Of a stretch of DNA of 64,000 nucleotides, positions 8,926 through 17,563 are shown piece after piece. Each line of letters opens with the position of its first letter. Within the stretch, counting starts at the first letter, position 1. The stretch comes from Candidatus Latescibacterota bacterium (GTDB taxonomy: Bacteria > Latescibacterota > UBA2968 > UBA8231), in the NCBI GenBank assembly GCA_965197905.1, contig CBDAOB010000002.1:352001-416000 (forward strand), written 5' to 3'. A program made the translations under genes and the position numbers. The notes under the pieces are model-generated. The model worked only from the letters and a program-made list of their open reading frames with translations. It was not told the origin of the DNA and ran no database searches.

Positions 8926-10872
8926 CTATTTCAGCAGGGTCACAGAGCGGGTGGCCGAAAAATCGCCGGCCTCCATCCGGTAGAAATAGGTCCCGCTAGA
9001 CACGGCCTGACCGCTATGATCGCGGCCCTCCCACACCGTCTTGTAGGCCCCCGCACTCAAGGTCTCGTCCACCAGCTTCGCCACCCGCTGGCCGGCCGCG
9101 TTGTACACCTCGATCTTCACCAGCCCAGCGGCACCAGGCGGAACGGTGAACTCGATCGTGGTCGCGGGGTTGAACGGGTTGGGATAGGCCTCGTTCAACG
9201 AGTAGCTGTCGGGCGTGCCTGCGCTTTCGACCTCTTCGACCACGGTCACGCCAGCGCCCAACCTGCGGGTCTGTATATCGAAGGGAATGTGCAGCAACAT
9301 GCCCGGAGGAAAGAAGTCACCAGAATCGCCGAGTCCAGTATGGCCATCCAGTCCATATCTGCCATTCCAATACATGCCGTCCCACGGTCCCGGCTGGCCC
9401 GCATTTCTGCCCTCGTAGGGATCGCCGCCGACTCTGGATCTGTTGTTCTGAACGAAGATGTTCCACTTCGACCCAGACGGCACGAACGGACCGACCGTAT
9501 GGCTTATAAAAATACGGTACATCCCGAAGCCATCCCGTGAATAGGCGTTCCATTGGTGGCCCAATGGGTTGTGATTTTCGGCGCCCAAGACAAACTTTCC
9601 AGTCAGGTCGACCGAAAACCTGGTTAGTGCGGAGAACGAGCCCTGCGGATTCCCAAACCTGGCGGCCAGTTCATCGGGTATCACGTCGCCGTAAAAGTCG
9701 CCCGGGCCATTGGTCCAGATGGGGTCGCCGTTGTGGTCCATCTTGAGAAAGTGTTGGGACCCATGGCCGTGCACGTAGATTCCGCTGTCGTCAACGATAA
9801 TATTGTCCGGTCCACGGAGAGTATGTGTCTCATTGCCATCCGCATCAACATTGATCCAATCGGAGAACTCGGTGACGTCATACTCTTGGAGGAAGGTGCC
9901 GGTGGCCCTGTCCCAGACCTGGACCGTGCCCGTCGGTGGCTCGGATTTGGTGTTGTTCGCGTTATAGAGCTTATCCTGATAAATTTCAAGCACCTTAATT
10001 CTTTCATTCTCCCTACCCTGGGCAGTAGAGAACATGACACCATCGTCGGCCCAATCCGTGACCAGGTCAAACGTCCTGCCGGCGCGATTGATTTTTAGCT
10101 TCAAAATGGCCGGACCCGGTTCGGGCCTCGACACGACCATCCAGAAGATTTCTTCATCGTCGGGATCGGGACGTATACCGCCATCGCTCTGTTTAGTGCC
10201 TTCCCAGGGGATCTTGCTATGAAAGTCCCAGCGTTCCCAGCCATTGGGATTGGCAATGAGATCCGTACCAAACTCTACGCGCGCCACATTGCCAACCTCC
10301 AGACCGAACAACGGTTCGTCGACCTCCGTGGTCCAGTTCTCGGGAGGATCCTTGCGCATATCAATGATAGGGTCGATGAAGCCCGTGCGAGGGGCTACTC
10401 CCATCAGCACCGGGTTATCCAAAACATTGATCCCGATCACGTCGAATTCGTAGTTGCCGGGGCCGACCGCATTACCTTGCCAATCCCGGCCGTCCCAGGT
10501 CACCACGTTGTTGCCCGCTTCCAGATCGGCACCCGGAGTGTTGTTCAGGTACAGGTCCTGCGCCTGAAACCTGTGTATGGAGCCGTTGAGACCGGTGACT
10601 CCCGTCACGTTACTGCCGATCTCGTACACCGAGATCCACACCGTGGCGCGCTGGCTCAGGCTGATCGGAATGTCCACTGAGCCACTCCCGTTCCATGACA
10701 CGTCCGAAGCGGTAATACGCAGCGGGTTCGGAGTCCCTGATTGCTCGGGAAGCGCTGGATTTGTGCCTTCGGGAAGCGAGGGCTGTGCGGGAAAGGTTTG
10801 CGAAAATGTGGAGCTGGCGGCCATAAGGACTACGGCGAGCGCGGCTGCCAACACAAATTGCAGTTTCTGCAT
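8926..10872 (-). CDS. Secreted protein with N-terminal FlgD-like Ig domain, beta-rich core and C-terminal FlgD-Ig/T9SS type-A sorting domain
   Basis: Signal peptide, internal VTWDGRDWQGNAVGPGNY, C-terminal YPNPFNPATTIEF...VYNAAGQRV...WEGRD...SGTYFYRM...LLK. Confidence 0.85.
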   Translation of the reverse strand: MQKLQFVLAAALAVVLMAASSTFSQTFPAQPSLPEGTNPALPEQSGTPNPLRITASDVSWNGSGSVDIPISLSQRATVWISVYEIGSNVTGVTGLNGSIHRFQAQDLYLNNTPGADLEAGNNVVTWDGRDWQGNAVGPGNYEFDVIGINVLDNPVLMGVAPRTGFIDPIIDMRKDPPENWTTEVDEPLFGLEVGNVARVEFGTDLIANPNGWERWDFHSKIPWEGTKQSDGGIRPDPDDEEIFWMVVSRPEPGPAILKLKINRAGRTFDLVTDWADDGVMFSTAQGRENERIKVLEIYQDKLYNANNTKSEPPTGTVQVWDRATGTFLQEYDVTEFSDWINVDADGNETHTLRGPDNIIVDDSGIYVHGHGSQHFLKMDHNGDPIWTNGPGDFYGDVIPDELAARFGNPQGSFSALTRFSVDLTGKFVLGAENHNPLGHQWNAYSRDGFGMYRIFISHTVGPFVPSGSKWNIFVQNNRSRVGGDPYEGRNAGQPGPWDGMYWNGRYGLDGHTGLGDSGDFFPPGMLLHIPFDIQTRRLGAGVTVVEEVESAGTPDSYSLNEAYPNPFNPATTIEFTVPPGAAGLVKIEVYNAAGQRVAKLVDETLSAGAYKTVWEGRDHSGQAVSSGTYFYRMEAGDFSATRSVTLLK

Positions 10873-10948
10873 GTCAATTCCTCCTGGTTTGGGTCGAAAA
10901 CAAATAACCTATCCACCTGAGCCGGTCAAAAACTCAGGAACTTCAAAC

Positions 10949-10977
10949 ATTATAACGAGAAATTTTAGGGGTGTCAA
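10949..10977 (-). promoter_or_regulatory. Perfect sigma70 consensus promoter of the T9SS cargo gene
   Basis: Minus strand TTGACA-17 nt-TATAAT. Confidence 0.85.
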
Positions 10978-11005
10978 TATTTTTACGCAATTAGCATTTT
11001 AAGAC

Positions 11006-11034
11006 TTGACATTCGCCCTCTTATTGGTTATCTT
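11006..11034 (+). promoter_or_regulatory. Transposase promoter starting inside the left TIR
   Basis: TTGACA-17 nt-TATCTT, 36 nt upstream of ATG 11070. Confidence 0.65.
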
Positions 11035-11069
11035 AAATATAAGAAAAACAAGCAATACGGGAGCGAAGA

Positions 11070-11939
11070 ATGAACTTGATTACCGTGACAGAGAGATTCC
11101 CGACGCAAGAATCCTGCATTGCTCATCTGGAGCGGATACGCTTCGGCGATGAGCCCTTTTGCCCCTTGTGCGGCACGGTCGGGGAATGCGCCCGCAAGAA
11201 GCAGGGGAATGTAATCGGGCGTTGGAACTGTCACGCTTGCAAATCCAGCTTCAATGTCTTATCCCAGACCATGTTTCAAGGCACGCATCTTCCCTTGCAA
11301 AAGTGGTTCTGCGCCATCGCCCTGATCGTGAACGCCAAGAAAAGCCTGTCCAGTTGCCAGCTCGGGCGTGACTTGAACCTGAATCAGCGGTCCGCCTGGT
11401 ACATGCAACAGCGCATCCGGGCTGAAATGGCTACCAAGCAGGGAAGAATCAGGTTAACTGGACTCATCGAAGCCGACGAGACCTACGTCGGCGGACGCCC
11501 CAGGAAGCGCAACAGGCGCGACGACGACAAACCCAACCTCAGAGGACGGGGAACGCGCAAGACCGCGGTTATCGGCGCTGTGGAGCGCTCAGGGAAGGTT
11601 GTGGCTCAGGTCGCCGACGATCTCTCCGCTAAGGGCGTGCTCGAGTTTATCAAACGTGCCATCAATCCTGACGCCTCGACGTTGGTCACGGACGAATATG
11701 GGGCCTACAACGTAGTGCGGCGGATCATGGATCACTGCGTGATTCAGCATTCCAAGCGTTATGTTGATGGCACGATTCACACGAACACGATCGAAGGCGT
11801 GTGGTCTTTGCTCAAGCGGGCGTGGTATGGATCGCATCATCACTACACGCCGCTTTACGTGGCCGAGGCTTGTTTCAAGTACAATCACCGCGACGACGAC
11901 AACGCCTTCGGTTCTTTCCTACAAGGGTGCTTCAAGTAA
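11070..11939 (+). CDS. IS1595 family transposase
   Basis: Zn ribbon CPLCG...CHAC, HTH, DDE motifs EADETYVGG / LVTDEY / HTNTIEGVWSLLKR. Confidence 0.95.
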   Translation: MNLITVTERFPTQESCIAHLERIRFGDEPFCPLCGTVGECARKKQGNVIGRWNCHACKSSFNVLSQTMFQGTHLPLQKWFCAIALIVNAKKSLSSCQLGRDLNLNQRSAWYMQQRIRAEMATKQGRIRLTGLIEADETYVGGRPRKRNRRDDDKPNLRGRGTRKTAVIGAVERSGKVVAQVADDLSAKGVLEFIKRAINPDASTLVTDEYGAYNVVRRIMDHCVIQHSKRYVDGTIHTNTIEGVWSLLKRAWYGSHHHYTPLYVAEACFKYNHRDDDNAFGSFLQGCFK

Positions 11940-12025
11940 TTGCGGATTCGCCGTTGGCCTGGCCTCGAAGTGAGGAAGCTTACGGGAATTATCGCAAACC
12001 ACTTTAGGGGGAAAGGCCAAAGTCG

Positions 12026-12458
12026 TTAATAAGAGAAGGTAAAATGACCGTCACATGACACCGTTAAAACGCCTCGTTTTAAAACGTCTTGGCCTAAAAG
12101 AACTCCATACTTAGCATTTGAACCAGGATTGAAATGTATAGCTTGAACCAACATAAGTTGTAATTTTGCTCCATTCGGATCTTGTTCGTCTTCAAACGCG
12201 AATCCAACCAGAACGTTATAAGCGTTCATGGTTAACGTTATAAGCGTTCATGGTTACAGCCCGCTCAGAGTTTTGAATATCTACTTGCCCGATTGGTTCT
12301 AAGTTTAGAGCTTCAACAACTGACGGTGATATGCATGTGTATGTGGCTCCAGTGTCAACTAATGCGGTGCAAGGATGGATATTATCTTCATCGACAGCTA
12401 TAGCAACGTCACATGTAATGCCAACTGCCCAGTCAAACCGAGATACTACCACGGACAT
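12026..12458 (-). pseudogene. Retropepsin-like (clan AA) aspartyl protease, frameshifted by a 22-bp tandem duplication
   Basis: ALVDTGATYTCIS in 12216..12458 and LLGQDVL in 12026..12229. Removing one repeat copy gives a single 136-aa ORF. Confidence 0.85.
12212..12255. repeat. Perfect 22-bp tandem duplication AACGTTATAAGCGTTCATGGTT x2
   Basis: 12212-12233 is identical to 12234-12255. Confidence 0.95.
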
Positions 12459-12690
12459 GAGAAAAATACCCCAAATCTATAGGTCGTGAAGATACCTTTT
12501 GAATGGAAAATAATTTTCCAGGCAGGAACGTTTTTCCTGCTTCAATAGCATCCTGGCCGGTTTCAAACAAAGCCACAATTCCCCCGTTATGCATTAGAGC
12601 CGTTTTCCCATAATCGGTCTTGGACAGATTTGCAAGTTGCTCTTTGAAAGCATGGTAATTTCTCTCCACTTCTTCCTGCTGGGTTGGCAT
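12433..12690 (-). CDS. Small DUF5678-like protein (85 aa), overlapping the protease start
   Basis: ERNYHAFKEQL...YGKTALMHNGGIVALFET..DAIEAG pattern recalled from small proteins preceding clan-AA proteases. 26-nt overlap with the protease gene. Confidence 0.7.
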   Translation of the reverse strand: MPTQQEEVERNYHAFKEQLANLSKTDYGKTALMHNGGIVALFETGQDAIEAGKTFLPGKLFSIQKVSSRPIDLGYFSHVRGSISV

Positions 12691-12754
12691 GTGAGTACCC
12701 TCGTGGCTTTTAGTGGGTGCTACACTGAAAACCTAGTCGAATGGTGTATACGCT

Positions 12755-12783
12755 ATAATACGCGCATTTGAGCGTATTATCAA
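12755..12783 (-). promoter_or_regulatory. Promoter with overlapping palindromic operator for the small-gene/protease pair
   Basis: Minus strand TTGATA-17-TATTAT, overlapped by inverted repeat ATAATACGC-N8-GCGTATTAT (12755-12780). Confidence 0.65.
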
Positions 12784-12795
12784 GAATTATTCAGT

Positions 12796-13020
12796 TCACC
12801 CAGTTCCCAACCCCGGGCTCTTGCCAATTTCAACATAAAAATCTCCATCCAAATGCAAGAAGCGTTCTTCGAATTCGCTATAAGGTATGATTGTTTCTGG
12901 TTCACAAACCAACCTTAAGATTTTCGCATATCCCAACTTCTCTTCTATTATTCCTTTGCTTGTGTCTGTTCCTCCCGTTTGATGCTCCAATAGAATAACT
13001 GTTCCAATTGGCGAAGCCAT
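12796..13020 (-). CDS. Hypothetical 74-aa passenger protein
   Basis: Strong AAGGAGGT RBS before the ATG, AT-rich, no recognisable motif. Confidence 0.6.
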   Translation of the reverse strand: MASPIGTVILLEHQTGGTDTSKGIIEEKLGYAKILRLVCEPETIIPYSEFEERFLHLDGDFYVEIGKSPGLGTG

Positions 13021-13060
13021 GATACCTCCTTCTAAAAGTTGGGTAGTATCCTAATAACCG

Positions 13061-13114
13061 AATGTCAAGATTGTCGCCAGTCCAAATTGTTCTATTTTTG
13101 AAGTTGGGTTCCAT
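13061..13114 (-). pseudogene. N-terminal remnant of a site-specific DNA methyltransferase-like gene
   Basis: MEPNFKNRTIWTGDNLDI resembles the start of N4/N6 MTases (normally continuing LRG...DLIYLDPPF), then the sequence diverges. Confidence 0.55.
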
Positions 13115-13131
13115 TGCGCGTTGACAAGGGG

Positions 13132-13160
13132 AATGTATTGAAGTTACTTCGCGAGGGCAA
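13132..13160 (-). promoter_or_regulatory. Inward promoter from the right TIR driving passenger genes
   Basis: Minus strand TTGCCC-17-TACATT, upstream of ATG 13114. Confidence 0.5.
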
Positions 13161-13346
13161 GTCTTAAAATGCTAATTGCGTATTTTTTCGTGATTTTCAC
13201 AGCGATATATGGTGGTCGGAAACGTTTGAGAGACACGATCTGCGCTGTCGTATGCGGACGAAGGGAAATAACTTCCGAGACGGAAAGGAACTATTTTCCT
13301 GCGCCTGGGTATTCTCTGGGAAATTTAGTCTGGAAAGGGCGGTTTC

Positions 13347-16300
13347 TTAGGAAGGCGAACGGAGTTTGTGGGGTGCAAATGTGGATCGACGTCGCAAGGC
13401 GGATGCCACGATCTTGCGACTGAACTCGCGCACATCGTCCAGAAGGGTGTAACACAACGGTACGATAAGGAGCGTCAGCACCATCGACGCCAGAAGCCCG
13501 CCCATCATCGTACGTCCGAGCGGGGCGTAGTTGGCGCCGATCACCTTGCTGTTGCCGATAGCCATCGGAACGAGGCCGAAAATGGTGGTGAAGGTAGTCA
13601 TCAAGATGGGCCGAAAGCGGTGTCGCCCTGCCTCGATCAGAGCGTCGAACCGCTTCAAGCCCTCGGAGCGCAGGCGATTGGTGAGGTCCACCAGCACGAT
13701 GGCGTTGTTTACGACTACCCCCACGAGTATCACCGTGCCGATTCGGGACATGTCGTCGAACGTCGTTCCCGTTGCGTAGAGCGTCCAGTAGACCCCCAGG
13801 AAAGAGAACGGAATAGCGATAATGACCGAAAGTGGCAGTACAAACGATTCGAACAGCAGTCCCATCAGCAAGAACACGAAGGTCACCGCCAGAACAATGG
13901 CGAACTGTTGCGATGCGTCGCTCTCTTGCATGCGTACATAGCGTGCCCCCTTGTCCCAGCGATATCCGCGCGGCATCTCGAACCCTTCCATCGCCAGATC
14001 GATCTGCTCGAAGAGGTTCTCGGATTCTTCTTTCGTTGCCGTGGCAGTTACCGCCACCATCGTCTGCCGGTTGTGGCGGCGGATGCGACCGATGCTCTGG
14101 TTTACGTAGAACGAGCCCAGCGATTTCAGCTGCACCTGCTTGCCGTCCACGGTTGGAAAGCTCAGGTTGCGCAAGTGTTCCATGTTGCTGATGTCTTCTT
14201 CCTGCAGGCTCATGCGCATAACCAGCTCGCCGCGATCTGTCCGGAAGCGACTCAACTCAACGCCGCGAAGTTGGTTCGACGGCCATCGGATCCCGAGATT
14301 GCTTGAGATAGTTCTGGCTTCGATGCCGTACTGATCGAGCTTGGCCCGGTCGAGTCGAACCTGCAGCTCAGAGTTCCCTCCCACGGCCATTTCCGTATAC
14401 ACCCGCTCCAAACCCTCAATACCCAAGAGGCGACGTTCTACTTCCTCGGCCAACGCGGTCAATAGCCGCGTCTCGTGGCCGTAAAGATTCAGCGTCACGG
14501 AGGCGTCCTGACCGGTGCGCTCGCGGTTCATGGTCAAAACGATGCCGGGCTTCGACGGGATGCGGCTCTTGATATCCTTGACGACATCCTCATATTCCAT
14601 TCCGGTCTTTTCACGAAGACCAAGCTTGTCGACAATCTCGTAGAAAGCCACGCTGTACCACTCGAGGTTCTCCCCTTCTTTCAACACCACGCCGGCTCCA
14701 CCGCGCCCGGTCGTATACCAGATCCTGACGACGTCGGCGTTGTACTCGTCTCTGTGGTTCATCAGGGTATCCTCGACGCTGTCCATATAGTCGCCCAGCG
14801 CTTCCACGGAAAGTGCCGGTGGCACGTCGAACCTCATGTGAATCCAGCTGCGCCGATTCTGCTGGTCGGTTTTCTTCATGCCTTCGATGGGGATGTAAAT
14901 GGACCCCATCAAGAGCAGCACGACGATGAGTCCGTCCAGACGATGGTTGAGCGCAAATCGCAGGCAACGCAGGTACCGATCGCGTAGTTTGGCGATCAGT
15001 CTCAGCTCTTCCTTTTCTTTCTCGGTAGAAAGACGCTGCGCCGCCAAGGGAATGAAGATCAAAGCGATAAATAAGGAAGCCAGCAGGCCGACGATCACTG
15101 GCAAGCCGATGCGAAACATCCAGAAGGCGAACGATTCTTCATCGCTCATGAGAATCAATGGCAGGAACACGACCACAGTAGTCAAGGTCGCTATGGTTAC
15201 AGCGAGTCCCACTTCGCCGGCGCCCTCGATGGATGCCCGGCGCGCCCCTGTTCCAGACTGCTGCTTGCGATAGATGTTTTCCACGATAACGATGCCATTA
15301 TCGACCACCAGTCCGAGACTCAACATCAATCCCATCATCGTCGCGATATTGAGCGACCAGCCAGCAAAGTAGAGAACAGTTATCGTTACCAGTATCGACA
15401 GTGGAATCGCCAGCACGATCAGCATTGTCATACGAACCGCCCGGAGGAAGAAGAACAGGATCAACGCCGCGAAGAGCCCTCCCCACAACCCCGACTTCTT
15501 CAGATTTTCGATCGACTTGACGATATACTCTCCCTGATCCCACACAATCTCGATGTTGACTTTGTCGAAAACGGGATCGGACTTGAGCTCCTCCAGCAAC
15601 CCGCGTATGGCGGTCGTTACGGCAACTACGTTTCCCACGGCCGTGCGCTGAACGCCCATCCACATAGCTTCGTTGCCGTTGGTACGGTTGTACCAGTCTT
15701 TCTTCGCCTGCTGCATGTGAACATTGGCGACTTCGGACAGCCGCAGATCGAACTCGGAGTCGAGAACCAGGTCGCGAATCTCTTCCAGAGAATCGAGGCT
15801 GGCCACGGAGCGGACATAGAGCCGCTTGCCGCCATCGCGGACGGTTCCGCTGGGGAAGATGAAATTCTGATTCCGAAGCTTGTCTACGACGTCGATCAGG
15901 TTCGCCTTGTGGCTTTCAACCTTGCGCTGGTCCAGCTGAATCAGAACCTCTTCTCGAGGCACCCAGGTTTTGATGTTGGCGACGCCGTCGATACGTTCTA
16001 GCATCGGTTTGAGCTGACTCTCCACCAGGGCCATAGGCTGGGTGACCCCCGGTTGGAAATTGATGTTCATCCACATGATCTCGTCGTCGTCGTCGCTGTC
16101 CCATTTTCCCACTGTAATCGGTCCGTACGGCAGTTCGGGTGCGAGCCGGTCCATGCGCTCGGTGAGCTCGCCCCACGCCCGCGACATGTCAGCGTCGGCG
16201 CGAAAATAGATTTTGGCGATAGCCCGTTCCCGCATTCCGGCCGTTTCGAACTCCTTGACTTGCCCGAGGGTAGCCAGCGCCGCTTCTAGAGGCAGGACAA

Positions 16301-16508
16301 TCGACCGTTCCGTCTCTTCGGGGCTGGCGTTGGGATACGGTATCCACACCCAAAGGCGTTTGTCATCGCGCCCCCTAGGTACGAGGTTGAGCGGAATTAG
16401 GGTGTAAGCAATGTAGCCCACCACTAGTAGCGCAGTGAGGATCATCACCACAGTCACCGGCCGGTCGACCGACAGGCGTGGCAACAGATAATCGCGTTTT
16501 TTGGTCAC
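13347..16508 (-). CDS. RND efflux transporter permease (AcrB/AcrD/AcrF family)
   Basis: 1053 aa, SVDRPVTV start, GLVVDNGIVIVENI, TLTTVVVFLP, RFRPILMTT, PLGRTMMGGL. Confidence 0.95.
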   Translation of the reverse strand: MTKKRDYLLPRLSVDRPVTVVMILTALLVVGYIAYTLIPLNLVPRGRDDKRLWVWIPYPNASPEETERSIVLPLEAALATLGQVKEFETAGMRERAIAKIYFRADADMSRAWGELTERMDRLAPELPYGPITVGKWDSDDDDEIMWMNINFQPGVTQPMALVESQLKPMLERIDGVANIKTWVPREEVLIQLDQRKVESHKANLIDVVDKLRNQNFIFPSGTVRDGGKRLYVRSVASLDSLEEIRDLVLDSEFDLRLSEVANVHMQQAKKDWYNRTNGNEAMWMGVQRTAVGNVVAVTTAIRGLLEELKSDPVFDKVNIEIVWDQGEYIVKSIENLKKSGLWGGLFAALILFFFLRAVRMTMLIVLAIPLSILVTITVLYFAGWSLNIATMMGLMLSLGLVVDNGIVIVENIYRKQQSGTGARRASIEGAGEVGLAVTIATLTTVVVFLPLILMSDEESFAFWMFRIGLPVIVGLLASLFIALIFIPLAAQRLSTEKEKEELRLIAKLRDRYLRCLRFALNHRLDGLIVVLLLMGSIYIPIEGMKKTDQQNRRSWIHMRFDVPPALSVEALGDYMDSVEDTLMNHRDEYNADVVRIWYTTGRGGAGVVLKEGENLEWYSVAFYEIVDKLGLREKTGMEYEDVVKDIKSRIPSKPGIVLTMNRERTGQDASVTLNLYGHETRLLTALAEEVERRLLGIEGLERVYTEMAVGGNSELQVRLDRAKLDQYGIEARTISSNLGIRWPSNQLRGVELSRFRTDRGELVMRMSLQEEDISNMEHLRNLSFPTVDGKQVQLKSLGSFYVNQSIGRIRRHNRQTMVAVTATATKEESENLFEQIDLAMEGFEMPRGYRWDKGARYVRMQESDASQQFAIVLAVTFVFLLMGLLFESFVLPLSVIIAIPFSFLGVYWTLYATGTTFDDMSRIGTVILVGVVVNNAIVLVDLTNRLRSEGLKRFDALIEAGRHRFRPILMTTFTTIFGLVPMAIGNSKVIGANYAPLGRTMMGGLLASMVLTLLIVPLCYTLLDDVREFSRKIVASALRRRSTFAPHKLRSPS

Positions 16509-16633
16509 GGCAGTGGGATGCTACTCACTAGCTGCTGGCTAGGCAGGATGACAATAAGAGGCCGCAGGCGCGTAGCGCGAGGGATAGGAGTGAGTCGTAC
16601 TGAGGGATACGAGGCTCACGTAGGGCTGAGTCT

Positions 16634-17563
16634 CTACTTTGGCAGACCGACGTCGTAGAAAACCTGGTTGATCTTCCATGAGCCGCTTTTGCGACTGGCC
16701 AGCCAAACTACGTGGCGGTCGAGGCTGTGTTCGGCAGGCCCTTTGTCGTATTTGGTAGTTACCGTCTCCCTGGTTACGGCAACCGCCTCCTGACCGTTGT
16801 CGCCTAGGGTAGCATAGACCACATTGCGATCAATCTCGTACTTGGCGTTTCCCAGTCGTTTCGTGAGCCAGCCTTCCCAATCCTCGGAATGGCCGAAGAT
16901 GATTTTCCACTTTGCCGGCTTCACCTCTTTTTCGCCGCTGTAGGCCGCCAGCTTTTCGGTGTAAAAGCCGGCGATCGATCCTGGACTGCCCTGCTCCCAC
17001 GCTTCCTTCTCCTGCTCTAGCAGCTCGGTCAATTCGGGAACGGGATCAAAGGGTCGGGTCACGCCCACAGTCGTGGAGTCACCCAGATTCTGCACGTATC
17101 CTGATACCAGCCACTCATCGTCAATCTTGTCGAAGAACCACAGTCGTTCCTCCCACAGCGGCTCAGGATTTCCCGTCGCCTTGTCGATGACAACACCGGA
17201 ATCGACGGTGGTCGCAATCGCTTTTTCGTGCTGGGGTGCCAACACGAGGATGAACGGCATCACCCGGTCGAAGTCGAAGCGCTTGGCCTGCAGCTCGATA
17301 GGAAGCGATCGACCGAGATCGGCTCGACTCTCATGGAGAACGGACCAGCCTCGCGGATCGATGGTCCCGTGACCTTCGTACACGGCGATTTCCTCCGTAT
17401 AACTCTCCAGCATCTGCTCGGTGTTGCCGCGCCGCTTGGCAAACTTCTCGTTGTCGATGGTCTTGCGGATCAGAATGGTCTCCGGTGTTTCGGCGGCTTT
17501 GGCGTGCGTCCCCAGTATGCCCACCATGATTGCTCCAACTCCGACGCATCTAGTGATTCTCAT
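16634..17563 (-). CDS. Secreted tandem NTF2/SnoaL-like (DUF4440-like) protein
   Basis: Signal peptide after GAGGAG RBS at ATG 17563. Two similar halves ending FDKIDDEWLVS and RKSGSWKINQ. Confidence 0.6.
   Translation of the reverse strand: MRITRCVGVGAIMVGILGTHAKAAETPETILIRKTIDNEKFAKRRGNTEQMLESYTEEIAVYEGHGTIDPRGWSVLHESRADLGRSLPIELQAKRFDFDRVMPFILVLAPQHEKAIATTVDSGVVIDKATGNPEPLWEERLWFFDKIDDEWLVSGYVQNLGDSTTVGVTRPFDPVPELTELLEQEKEAWEQGSPGSIAGFYTEKLAAYSGEKEVKPAKWKIIFGHSEDWEGWLTKRLGNAKYEIDRNVVYATLGDNGQEAVAVTRETVTTKYDKGPAEHSLDRHVVWLASRKSGSWKINQVFYDVGLPK

Larger units (their letters stand above)
10986..13180 (+). mobile_element. IS1595-family element with passenger genes (transporter-IS-like), 2,195 bp
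   Basis: 23-bp perfect TIRs CGCAATTAGCATTTTAAGACTTG (10986-11008, reverse complement at 13158-13180). Flanks TATTTTTA (10978-10985) and TATTTTTT (13181-13188) form a 7/8 TSD. Contains an IS1595 transposase. Confidence 0.9.

Noticed and set aside
13368..14306. Long antisense ORFs over the RND gene (similar ones over the peptidase, feoB and sprA)
   Set aside because: These are typical opposite-strand shadows in GC-rich coding DNA with no motifs.
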